This document shows, piece after piece, positions 25,570 to 37,600 of a DNA stretch of 64,000 nucleotides. How positions within the stretch are numbered: position 1 is the first letter of the stretch; each line of letters begins with the position of its first letter. The notes under the pieces were generated by a model. That model was given only the letters and a program-made list of their open reading frames with translations. It searched no databases and had not been told where the DNA came from. Origin of the DNA: Chiloscyllium plagiosum (taxonomy: Eukaryota); assembly GCF_004010195.1 (NCBI RefSeq), contig NC_057749.1, positions 14,233,142-14,297,141 on the forward strand, given 5' to 3'. Both the position numbers and the translations under genes were made by a program.

Positions 25570-25865
25570 GGAGCAGCGGAGGCTAAGGGGAGACTGGATA
25601 GAAATCTCTAAAATTATCAGATGCATAGATAGGGTTGATGGTCAGAATCTTATTCCCAGAGTTGAAATGTCTAATATTGGAAAGCATGGATTTAAGTTGA
25701 GGGGAGGAAAGTTCAAAGGAGATGCGAGGGGCAATTTTTTTTTTTAAAACACATAGCGATAGGAGTCTGTAATGCTCTGCCAGGGATTGTGGTGGAGGCA
25801 GATATGTTAAGGGTATTTAAGGGACTTTTAGACAAGCACATAAATATGCAAGGCATGGAGGAATA
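25570..25865 (+). mobile_element. CR1 LINE 3' fragment
   Basis: cggaggctaaggggagactggatagaa...gctctgccagggattgtggtggaggca. Confidence 0.75.
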
Positions 25866-26204
25866 TGACAAAAGCAATCAACTATGATGAAAATGACAGA
25901 TCATGGCTGACTTAGGTGGGTTAAGATCACCCCAGTCCAGGAATCTGTCTGAACAAAATAACTGCTATTTGACCTTGTCAATTTTAAGAATCAAAAAATT
26001 TGAGTTCCTCACTAATATTTTGAGCCTGAGTATAAACTAACTTAGAAATATCCAAATAGGTTTCTGGACAAGGTTAATGGACATCTACAGCAAGACTAAA
26101 ACATTAGATGCCCAATTTGCTTAAAAAGACTGTCAGACTAAGAGTTAACATTATGAACTGCACAATAATTATAATAATTTTATAAAGCAAGGACTTGTAA
26201 ACTG

Positions 26205-26302
26205 GCAGAGTCGATAAAGTATGGCACTGGAAAAAGCACAGGTCAGGCAGCATCTGAGCAACAAGACAGTTGACTTTTTGGGCTTAAAACCTTCACCAGG
26301 AA
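26205..26302 (-). mobile_element. Family 1 PLE terminal fragment (degenerate)
   Basis: ctggaaaaagcacaggtcaggcagcatc...ccttcaccagga. Confidence 0.6.
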
Positions 26303-27890
26303 CCTACACTGGAACCCATACATACCTAGGGTACTCCAGAATTCATTCATTCAATTTTTACCAGCCCATAACCAGATTTCTGGAGAGGATGATTTACTGC
26401 TACATTAGAACAGCTACTTGTATTAATATAGTATCTTTAAATAGAACAACTTCTTAAGGTGCTTCATGGGTGCTAATGACACTAAAGTAAATGCCAATCC
26501 AAAGGAAGAGATAAATTTAACTACAACTGCTTCTCTCCTGAAAATCACAAACACAACAAAAATACAGCAGGTAACTGATTGGTCAGACTGCATGTTGGGC
26601 AAGGCAGGATTAGCTGAAGTGATTCCTGGGGCTACAACATCCAAGGCAATTGTGGAATTAACACTATGTTCAAGACTGGAGTTTGCAGTTTACATTTAAA
26701 GTATTTTAATAGTCTGGAAAATGGACTAAGTAAAATATTTTAGCAATAAGCAGTTGCAAAGCATCCAAAATGGAAACTACAGTTAAGTACTTAAGACCAC
26801 CCAGTCTGAAACCCTGATTTGGTAAGCTGCCAAATCCTGTAACCAACAGCCACAGTTAATGAGCCTAAATTTTTAAAGTAAAGTTGCATCTTTGCTCCTA
26901 TACTCAAAGGCACTTATCCAATGACATGTGTTATTAATTATACTTAAACTTTAAAGAATTTGACACTGCACTGCTTATTTCAAGTAATTCAAAACGTATG
27001 TGAATTCTCACGATATTGTACGAGGCAGAAAAAAGAAAACTCCCCTTAAATTGTGCAAGTTGAAGTCTGAGTGGTTATATTCCCAAAGGAAGGCAATCAA
27101 ATGTCTGGTTCTGTGCCTTATGCCTGCCGCCGTTTGTTGAACAGTTAAGTCTCAGGTGTCACTAATCATATAGGTACAGGTAGCAGATAGGAAATTCAGT
27201 ACTGTACTTGCTGCAGCTGTCCCTAAGCTCCAGATACGAACATATCCACATTCCCCTTATAAGGAGATCATTACAGAGGGTACTTTCCAAGAGTAGTGAA
27301 ACATTGAGTTTCTACTGCACTCACATTTCTCTTTATATTGACAATGTGTAAGTGCAAGGAGAAAGACTTAATGGGCACATTTCATTTAACTGATCATAAA
27401 CACTTCCACAGGTTATTCAAGGAGAAAGTCTGCTGGCTTTCAATATTGAACTTGGCTTGATATTCCTTTCTTTGATTTCATGCAATAATCATCACCTTTG
27501 TACAGAAGCACAAAATCATCTTGCACATATGGGAGGGGCAGAAAAAATAGAATGTCAATGATTAACCGAAAAATAATAAAACCTCTCTTTGGGCAAGGTC
27601 TGAGTGATGATTATTTGTGTGTGAAAAGATGCAGCACACAGAGTTAGCAGGCAAGGATAGGCCATTAAAACAGCAGACCCATGATGGTGTCTATACGACA
27701 CACAACCCTTTTTCCTAACCATTTCACCCAAGCTTTCCATTCTTTTCTGTCTCATATTCCCTTACCTTAAAATACTCTGAGATTCTGTCCAGTTTTTCAT
27801 GAAAGTTACAAATTTGTTGTTTTGTCTATGGTTTGTGATGACTAGATTTTGGTACATTAAAGAAAGGTGGTAATTATTTGGAGCACTTAC

Positions 27891-28672
27891 CTTGATCGCA
27901 TATTGGTTATGAAGGTCCTTAGCGTAGGAAGCTGTGTAGTAAACTGCATCACCTGCCTCACAGCAAGGTTTATCACTCGTCAGTCTGAAGTCTGACCAGT
28001 TGTCCAATCCAAAGCGAAGCTGGTTCTTCTGGCCTTCCATAAACCTGTCCTCACATTTAGCTGCCAGTTTCCGCAGTGAGTCTGTATGGAGGTTTCGAAT
28101 CTTCATGATTACCTCCTCTTTGTTCTCGATCCCTTTGTACAGCGTATGCCTTTGTGGCTTTTGTATACTTTTACCAGGTCTCTGAGGAATACGATTCTTC
28201 TCAGAGAGTGAATCCAAGCTGTTTGAGTACCCTTCCCTACAGCTGCTCGTGGTGAGGCTGCACGTACTGTTGACTGTTGATGATGCTCTGGTCTTTGTCA
28301 TCGACTTGCTCACTGCTCTTTCCAGTGAATCACCTGACTCGTTGTCACAGAGTCTGGCATCTGAACTGAGCGAGGAACAAGCACTTGACGCATCCCAGTT
28401 TGCATCACCAGGATACTCTACATCATACAATGGATTTGCCAAGTTCACATTGTGTCCAGAATTTCTTCCTTCTATCTTTTTCTGGGCATAGTCCTTTGAT
28501 GTGGGATCAGTGTTTGCACGGATTATGGTTTTCTTTGGAAGTGGCGGTGGTGTTGGTTGGCTCTCTGACATGGTTTCCTGTTCCGTAGATCCCACAAATG
28601 CAATGGCATCATCCGAAGCTCCTTTCACTTGTCTTGGCTGCTTCAGGGGTATCATGTTAGCCCGCGATTGCC
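27891..28672 (-). CDS. PEAK1: PEAK1 third coding exon (proline-rich motif, NPLY, SHED N-helix, pseudokinase N-lobe)
   Basis: Acceptor ttgcatag|GG CAA completes the phase-1 Gly codon (GQSRANMIPLKQPR). Contains PTPPPLPKKTIIRANTDP, NPLY, KIRNLHTDSLRKLAAKCED and YAIK. Donor AAG|GTAAGT at 27891/27890 (phase 0). Confidence 0.95.
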
Positions 28673-28879
28673 CTATGCAATCATACAAAAGATGACTAAG
28701 TATCATAGTACAGTCAACCAAAACAGCACACGTGAATAAACAAACAACATTTTGGATAGAAAAACACACTGGATTGAACATGCCATACTTCTGAATGCTA
28801 GTTTAAATTCCATAGATCAATTTAAATGTTTAGCCTTAGCAGAAGTGCAAATAGCAGTTTTGATCAGTGAAACATAATG

Positions 28880-30192
28880 GAGGGTTGGAGTTATAGGCTG
28901 GATAGGCTGGGACGTTTATCAATGGCATGTAGGAGGTTAAGGAGTGACTTTATAGAGGTTTATAAAATTATGAGTAGATAAGGTGACAAAAAAGAATCTT
29001 TTTCCTGGAGTGGGAGAGTACAAAACTAGGGACATATTTTTAAGGTGAAGGGAGAAAGTTTTAAAAAAGGACATGAGGGGAAACTTTTTTTTTTAAAACA
29101 CAGAAAGTGATTTGTGTTTGGAATGAACTGCGAGAGGATGCAGGTACAGTTACATTACAACATTTAAAAGACATTTGGATAAACACATGAATAGGAATGG
29201 TTTGGAGGGATCTGAGCCAAATGCAAGCAAGTGGGACTAGTTTAGTTTGGGAACATGTTCAGCATGGATTAGCTGGACCAAACGGTATGTTTCCATGCTG
29301 TATCACTCTATGACTCGAAAAACAGGTAGTGCTGAGGAAGCAAGGCGGCTGCAGAAGGGCTTGGCAGGCTAGAGGATTGAGCAAAATAGCAGATAGAAGG
29401 CAGTGTGAGAAAGTATAAGGTGATGCATTTTGATAGGAAGAAAATCGGCGTAATTTATTTTCTAAATGGGGAAAGGCTTCAGAAATCTGAAACACAAAGA
29501 GACTCCAAAGTGAGTCCTTGTTTAGGATTTTTCTTAAGGTTAACATGCAGGTTCAGTTGGTCATTAGGAGGACAAATGCAATGTTAACATTTATTTCAAG
29601 AGGGCTAGAATACGAAACAGAGATGTACTGCTGAGGCTGTATAAGGCTCTGGTTAGACCACATGTGGAATATTGAGAGCAGTTTTGGGCCCTGTATCTGA
29701 GGATGGATGTGCTGGTGTTGGAGAGGGTCCAGAGGAGGTTTACATGAAGTGATCCCAGTGATGACAGGCTTGTCAAATGTGGAGCAGTTGAGGACTCTGG
29801 GTCTGTATGCGATGGAGTTTAGAAAGATGAGGTGGAGATCTTGTTGAAACTTACAGAATACCGAGAGGCCTGAATAGATTGGATATAGATATCCCCACTA
29901 ACAGAGAATTGGAGCCAAGGGCACAGCCTCAGACTGAAGGGTCAACCCTTTAGAACTAGATGAGGAAGAATTTCTTCAGCCAGAGAGTGGTTAATCTGTG
30001 GAACTCATTGCCACAGAGGGCTGTGGAGTAATTGAATGTATTTAAAGACAGAGAAAGATAGGTTCTTGATTGGTAAGGGAATCAAGAGAGAAGGCAGAAG
30101 AATGGGGTTGAGAAACTCAGTCATGATCGATTGGCAGAGCAGACTTGATGGGACGAATGGCCTAATTCTGCCCCAGCATCTTATTGTCTTAT
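28880..30192 (+). mobile_element. Two adjacent CR1 3' fragments (28880-29315 and 29320-30192) of different subfamilies
   Basis: The first ends ctctatgactc. The second has RT C-terminal remnants (KVMHFDRK; LYKALVRPHVEY) and ends ggcctaattctgccccagcatcttattgtcttat. Confidence 0.8.
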
Positions 30193-30589
30193 ACTTCAAG
30201 AATAGGACGTGGCTGTGATACATACCACTTCAGCTATTACTTCAAAGAGCCCAAGACAAAATAATTTTCAACTGTGGGACAGCAATTCTAGCCATCGAAC
30301 AATTTCAACTACACCCAAACTTTGTGTTCTTAATCAAAACCTCAATAAAATATGAAATTAGAGAGTATTATACGAGGAAAAATAGCATTTATCTTAATAT
30401 ACTGGACGGTTGTACAAAGTATACCTTTTACTGATAAGGATGAAAATTGAACTTGGCAACTTTGGGGAACTGATCCTGTACCAGGCAGATACACATAGTA
30501 TGGATAATGATCAGCTGATGTGTCATTGAGGACTCATTTCCCATTCTGTTCCAGATGGTTCTACATGACAATGCTTTAGTAAGCTCAAT

Positions 30590-30715
30590 TTAGGAGCAAA
30601 TTCCTACAGATGCTGGAATCTGTACTGAAAACGACAAATGTTGGAGATCACAGCAGATCTCTCCAAAGGTGATGTCTGACTGGCTGTGATCTCCAACATT
30701 TATTCTTTCCAGTTC
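30590..30715. mobile_element. Small inverted-repeat PLE-derived remnant
   Basis: Arms aaatgttggagatcacagc / gctgtgatctccaacattt with a cagatgctggaatctg terminus resembling families 1 and 3. Confidence 0.5.
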
Positions 30716-33389
30716 AGAAGGCTCAACTTGGTTTAAGACTGTTTTAGCTAGCTAAATGCCATCAGTTAAACATCGCCTTGTCCTTGGGCTTGCCAATGAG
30801 AAGCTCTCTGGTTCTCCCAGGGGGGTTAGGTAGGTGGGCCGTGTTCCTCTAGCTGCCTCCAGCTTATTCTATTGGTCAATTTGCTGTTCCACACTTAAAA
30901 ATAATAGTTGTTCATTTTAGTGAGAAATAAATTGCAATAGCAGGTTATGGTCAATGGCACAAATATTAATTTCAAATTCAAATTACTCTTCCCGTCATGA
31001 AGATACTTTTTTCAGGAATTATAATATATCTGTTTCCAGATTCTAGTAATTACGTAATTAAAGATGTACATGTACTTCTCTTTAGATTCTCTCATCTGCC
31101 CTCTCGAGCACAGAAACACATGACACATAGTAAAGGTACTCAGAATGTAGCTGGGGTCACTGACAGCCCCAGCTTACTCCTCCTCACCTGTGGCTCTCAA
31201 TAAAGGAGCAGTTCCATAAATCTCTGAGCTTCCATCCACAGCCCGCCAGCTCGGGGATTTTGCTAAAGCCAGGATTACAGACATGTAAAAGAAAGAAAAA
31301 TACAGGAAAGAAAGGAAGAGAGAGAGAGGGAGAGAGAGAGAGACAGCAAGATTGGAATAGTGAAACCCTCAACTAAAGGTTAGTAAGTAATGTATAAAGT
31401 ATTGCAGTTACACCTTACCACGCAGCAATGCCACTTTCAGCACCAGTGTCTCACAAGAAATATTTTTACTTTTAAATCCTGAGCCAAGTGATACCCATAG
31501 GATGAATATTCATTGTGCAATCATTTTCAAATTGTTCAGGGGAACAGTCACATTTTTATGGGGCTATGACATGGAGTTGCCATTGTGCATTGGTATATGA
31601 CCAATGTATTAATAAAAATACATTTTTGACAAAAAAATCACAAATTAAAAAAAATTGGTGGACAACTATAGGAATCTTTGCTAAGCAGATGAATTTTTCA
31701 TGTTGACAGATGAAATTATTTTTAAAAATCTCAGGATTGTTGCAGAACAAGCTGAGAAACTCAATTCTGGAATGAATGTAACCATTACCGAATTCCTCCC
31801 ACAAATGTAGCAAGGTGTTATTATTATTCTGGAATGGATTCCTGTGCATGCACATTAATACCTGATGTATTCTAGATATGACTCACCTTCTGGATGGTTC
31901 TTGCAGTGACTCAGTATTTGCACTATCTAGTGCATTTTTTTTTGGAAGTCAGTGAAAATGCTAGTTTCTGGCTGACAACTCTGCAGAGACAACTACATTC
32001 TGGACACCACCTAACATGTGGCTCAGTATATAAATACACAATTTCCATTCCACCTATTCTAGTTTGGACATGGTGTTGACATTGCATTGGTCAGAAATGT
32101 GCATCACAGGAACAGTTTGAACATGAACAAGGACTGACTACATCAATCGTGTGAGGTAATATATGAAGATCAATCAATTAAAACAGCAAAAGAGCTCTGT
32201 TGGAATTAGTTCAAACTTTCATCATTCAGTCCACAATAAGTGCTATGGTTACCCACTGATCAATTAAGCTTGTGTCTAGCATGCTTGCTATCTACAAAAT
32301 GAACCATATACTTATAAGAAAAACACTCAAAACGTTTTTGAACTCATTTTAACATTTTACAGATGATTAAATTACTTGGGATATTTACATAATTGTGTGG
32401 CCATTTTAAAAATGAGCACAGTGTCTAGTTGGGTCTGTCAAAATTAACACGGAAATGTGTTTTGTTTTATGAAGTAACACTGTGCTGGAACATTCATTTT
32501 CCCACAATTGAAAACAAAAATTGATATCCAGCAACAATTTGCAATTACATATCACAATTTAACATCAAAATTATCCTACAATATACAAAAGAATCAAAGA
32601 AAATTAAAATATGTAAAAGTACCATCACTGAACAAATGAGAGTGAGGAAGCGAAACCAAAAAAAGTGGCTGAGATCTTAAACTGAACAGGCTTGTAATAA
32701 GGAGGAGAAACTGAGGGCTTGTGAGAAGAACTTTGGTAGATTATGTTGAGAGTCATCGAGGCTCTGTCACCAGCAATGGGACAAAGATGGTTGTGATACA
32801 CAATTAGCCAGAGTTGAAAGAATAAATAGTGAAGGGTGAGGGGGTGTAAAGCTACAGCAAGTTATTAAGATAATGACAGTTAACCTGTTAAAGGGGTTTG
32901 AAGACAGAAAATGATCTTGAATTCACTTTTTTGGGTCATAGTGAACCCATATAGCTTAGGGTAAAGTTTTCATAATTTCACATACTTTGATTCCATGTAC
33001 AATTCAAGATAGCAATTAATTAAAACTGGGTCTTTTAATCATTCTATCACATCTTTAATATAGCTTTCATGCATTAGGATCTCTATGCATCTTATTACTA
33101 TTTGTCATCTACAAGATCTACACACAAAGGTTATCAAACAGTGACCATTTTGTCGGGAGCAACTGTAAGTGAACCCAAATCTCAACACTGCAATAGAATT
33201 CAGTTATTTTGGGTTTGCTGGGTTAGTTTTAAAGGACATTAAGGTGTAGTAAAATAATTCAAAAACAATAAGAATTATTTTGTTTGGAAGCTCAGGACTG
33301 ATTGATTTCAACAAGTAGTTATCCTCCAGGAAAGGTAGAGGAGAGGGAACATGGGGTTTATTCAAAATCAAATGGATTCAAAATGTCAT

Positions 33390-33785
33390 TGGGGAGGTGG
33401 TGACATAGTGGTAATGTCACTGGTTTAGCAATCTCATACACAGGCTAATGCTCTGGAGATAGCACCTCAATTCCCATCCATGCAGATAGTGAAATAAGAA
33501 TTCAATTTTTAAAAAAACTGAAATTTTAAGAAACCTAGCATAATGGCAACTGTGTAACCCCTGTTGATTGTTTGAAGTATCCACCTGCTTCATTAATGTC
33601 CTTTAGGAAAGGAAATATGCCATCCTTACTTGGTCTGACCAACACGGAACTTCAGGCTTCCTGAACTGTGGGGTGACTATTATCTGCCCTCTGAACTAAC
33701 CCAGCAACCCACTCACTTCCACGGCAATTAGGGATGGGCAACAAAAGATAACCTTACCAGCAATACCCACATCCCACAAACGAAG
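33390..33785 (+). mobile_element. SacSINE1/Deu-SINE-like tRNA-headed SINE
   Basis: Head ggtggtgacatagtggtaatgtcactgg; body cattaatgtcctttaggaaaggaaatatgccatccttac; tail gcaattagggatgggcaa. Confidence 0.65.
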
Positions 33786-35196
33786 GAAGACTGGAACTGA
33801 GTCAATCTTCCACGGCAGATGCAACAACGGACACCTGAGCCAGCCAGGTCCACAGGAGACAGTCGATACTTACAAATCAGCCGCACTGTCTAGGCAGGGT
33901 CCAGGATAACTAAACCTTTCACCATAGGCTGTTTTTTTTTTTACCAATTGGCTACAAAAAATCCTGAACAGACCAACAGTCGATTGTCCTGGCTGGCATA
34001 GCAGCAGGACTCCATCCTGTGTTCTGTGCAACATTAAACTTGAAGCACAGTAAACACAGAATTTGTAAATTTTGGCTCTTTCCAGTTTCTGCCCAAGCTC
34101 TAAATATTGGATAAGTGAGATTTCCCTCTGCAGGAATGCATGCTTCAGCAGATAAATGGAAACCCTACTACCACGACTTTCAAGGTTTGGAGATTTTCAT
34201 CACTCTTAGAGATTTTCATGGGTATTAGATACCAAGCTGATCAGAGAAAAAGATTTTTCACACTGTGATATGTAATAGTCACAGGGGACTCACACTTCCA
34301 GATTTCTTTAGATTTTATGTTTTAGGATAGGACAATTATTACAATTGGTAAAAGTCTGAAGTGTTCCCATGTTAATTACAGTAGCTTGTTTACCTTGAAA
34401 AGAAAACTGTTTTTAAGAAAATCATAGACAGCAAGGCATACTTGAATGATGTTGTAAAAGTTAGGTTTTTCACAAGAGAGTATGAAAAGAAAGAATTTAT
34501 AAACGTATTCTTTATTTGTACTCATGCATCACTTCAGTTAAGAATCAACTTTGTCTCACCTCATAATTCTTAAACAAAAGATAGCCTCATAACCTGCAGG
34601 ACAGTTACCAATTATTTAGTACAGTTCTAAAAACCAGGACATGATGAATGAACGCCAAATTTGAAACAATGAAGGTATCCCTGCTGTGCGGTTAACATGT
34701 TGAAAGTGCACATTCCTGCCATATCACCATAGCTTTTCTTTCCTGACCCTGTATCTACGCTGGTTTGTTGAACACTTTCAGCATTTTCTTTAGTATATCG
34801 CAAAAAATTAAAACGTTAGTCCTACCTTTAACTGAAGCCAGAAATCATCAAGCAAGGAACTTGAAAGAAAGAGGTGCCGTCATGTTGGCCCTTTTTACAC
34901 GGTACAGCATTTGATAGGGCGTTTAAGCTTTAATCTAATCTCTTCCTGTTCGTTCTACCTAAACAGGATTGCCCACATTACAGCTGCATTCCTCACTCTG
35001 TAATCTACAATACTTACTGGCAGCCAGCAGGGACACTCTTATCAATTAAACATTTGTCTTGCACATACCTAGCTACAGTCTGAGGCTCAACTGATGAATT
35101 TTAAATCTGGCAGATCTGGAAAATGCAATAAGCCTACAGTAAAGAGAAAGGAGAAATTAAATCCTCTTCCTCCCCCACACCTTTATCGGCTCTTAC

Positions 35197-35387
35197 CCAA
35201 GTTGCTGTAAGTAGCGCTGCTGATACTTTCGTCAGTGGATTCACTGCCTGCTTCCTTATCGTCCTGAGATCCTGTAGTGACCAGCAAAGTCATTGTACCA
35301 GGTGTCTCTTGGTTCGATGGTGCTGATCTTTGAACTTCTGATACTTGTGGTGGCATGTCTTCAACGGTCACCTCACCCGGCAGGCTG
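35197..35387 (-). CDS. PEAK1: PEAK1 second coding exon (ends ...SSATYSNL)
   Basis: Acceptor tttgtttattcAAG|CAG| (exon start 35387 or 35384) fits phase 2. Donor G|GTAAGA at 35197/35196 is phase 1. Encodes the ATYSNL tyrosine motif. Confidence 0.9.
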
Positions 35388-37309
35388 CTTGAATAAACAA
35401 AGTTTTCCTTCAGTCTTCATAATTCACAAAATGCTCAATATAATTTATTGGTCTAACAAAACCGGGCCATTTATTTTGAATACTGCACTCCAAAAAATAT
35501 TTCTAAGTTCTACCTCAACAGCTGTTGGGGGAAAGAAAATATGCAACCCAAGCACAGTATGTGTTAAAATTAAGTAAAGACTTGCAAGAACTTGTTAGTT
35601 CAAGATCCCTGGGCAATGTTAGCTTCATTTTACAGTCTCTTCAATTAATCTTGTTGCAGGCCACAATCCAGCAGAACAGGTTCCTTTAAATCTTATGCAT
35701 TTACCTTTATGTAACCACAGAGATCAAATCCTAATTTTAAATATATAATTTATTATAATATCTAAAGGGCACCATACCACAATAAAGCTTTATGCCTTAA
35801 CTAAGGTGTGTCTCAATTGATAACCACGAAAAGCGTTTGGTGTTTACAATGCAGTTGGTTAAAGTGCCAACAACTTAAACCAAAATTCTTAATGTGCTCT
35901 CAAGCCCTGAAGAACACTTATTTGAAGATCACTCATGGGACAAATTGTTCTTTTTCTCTTCCAGTTATTCATTTTAGAATCTTCTTGAAGTTGTTCCGTA
36001 CAAATTGAATTGCAACTCATGAGTTTCAACTCAGCATAACAAGAAAAAGCACCAACTCTTACTGTACTACAGCTCTTACTGTCTTCAAACAGAAGTTTCA
36101 ACTCTTAACTTACCTACTCAAATCACTCACACAACTCCCCATTGAAACAAGTGTTTTGAATTTGCTTCTTAACTTCATAAACATGTTTTGAAAGCAGTTG
36201 ATTAACTCAGAGCTCTAAAGCTCTGCAACAGTGATATCATCAGCCAGACCTTCCTACCTAAGGCTGAAAACCTGCCAACACACTCTACCTATAATATATT
36301 GAGGTCACTTAAATGACTCAGACTTATTAACACTTACAGAGCTGTTGCGTTCAACTGAATTTCAAAGAATTCCACTCAACACAGTTACATTTTAAAACAA
36401 GGCATGTGTTGGCACCAAACTAGGAGACTCAATCAATACCTGTAAAACTATTTTTAAATTTGAATGGAAATCATGCAAATATTTCTACTCAATCACAGCC
36501 ACAGTTTCTTACTAACACAGAGCACATGTAAAAACAAATGTGCCAATTTAGAATTGTATCTGAAAATTAAATGAACTTTTCAGGTCTGCTTCTTGGAAAA
36601 ACAAGAAAATCTGCAAAAAGAACTTTTTTTTTGCTCTGTCTTAGTTTGGAAGCTTCTCTCTCCACTGTACTTTTCACTGATGTATGGTAAACAGTCATTT
36701 CGGACATGTTGTACCCTCTTTCCCCCTGAAACTATTACTGTGACAACTGTGACATGGATAAATGAAAGAAACAAGCAACTCATTCCATGGCTTAGAACTA
36801 CTGTCCACAGCAGATGACCGATATCTCGTACACTGTTTATTTGCAGTTGGGCTGGGAGGGTAGATTGTGTACTTTGCCTCTGCCTGCCTTTCCGGGTAGT
36901 TAAGTGGAGAATAGGATGGGAAAGTTTGTCATAATTACCATTGTTTTTCAGGTGCTCTCTCTTAGAAAGCACACATGATGTATCCACAGCCAATAGTTAT
37001 TTGAATGGCCAGTTTGAACTGATAAAGGCAACATCTTTTTAACAACAGAATGGAAACATTTGGGTGGCAAAATTATTGAAAGGAGGCAAAAAAATTATGC
37101 AGTATCACAAACTACAAAAAGCAACCTGACATTCTCAATGCACTCCTTACCTGCAAAAAGGCAGAATGCAGAGTTCTTTGTACTGGTCTGCAGAGTTCTT
37201 TGTACTCTATAGTTTCAAACTTCAAAACACAGGAGTGCATGTTTAGAACAAAATAGCCAAAGTAATGGACTCTGTTGTAACAAAAGTAGTTTGGATAGTT
37301 TGTTTTAAA

Positions 37310-37600
37310 ATTCATTCATGGGGTGAGGCCATATTGCCCATCCCTTATCACCCTAATAGTGGGCCTGAAGTCACGTTAGCCAGACTAGGTAAGGTCCAGC
37401 AGATTTTCTTTCCTAAAAGACATTAGCGAAACAGACTTTTTAAAAAAAATGACAATAGTTACATGGCCATCATTAGAAAAGATTTTAATTCTAGATTTTG
37501 TTTTGAATTCAAATTTCATTGATGGGATTTGAACCCATTTCCCCAGAACATTATCTGGGTTTTACTAGTCCAGTTACATTACCACTTCATCACTGGCTCT
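37310..37600 (-). mobile_element. SacSINE1/Deu-SINE-like SINE
   Basis: Similar to 10500-10970 (attgcccatccc...ccagactaggtaagg...ggatttgaaccc). Confidence 0.6.

Noticed and set aside
28673..28781. N-terminal part of the 339-aa ORF (and its tail at 27762-27890)
   Set aside because: These parts lie outside the splice sites and are intronic read-through.
31310..31345. (GA)n-rich tracts here and at 15440-15456
   Set aside because: Ordinary short simple repeats.
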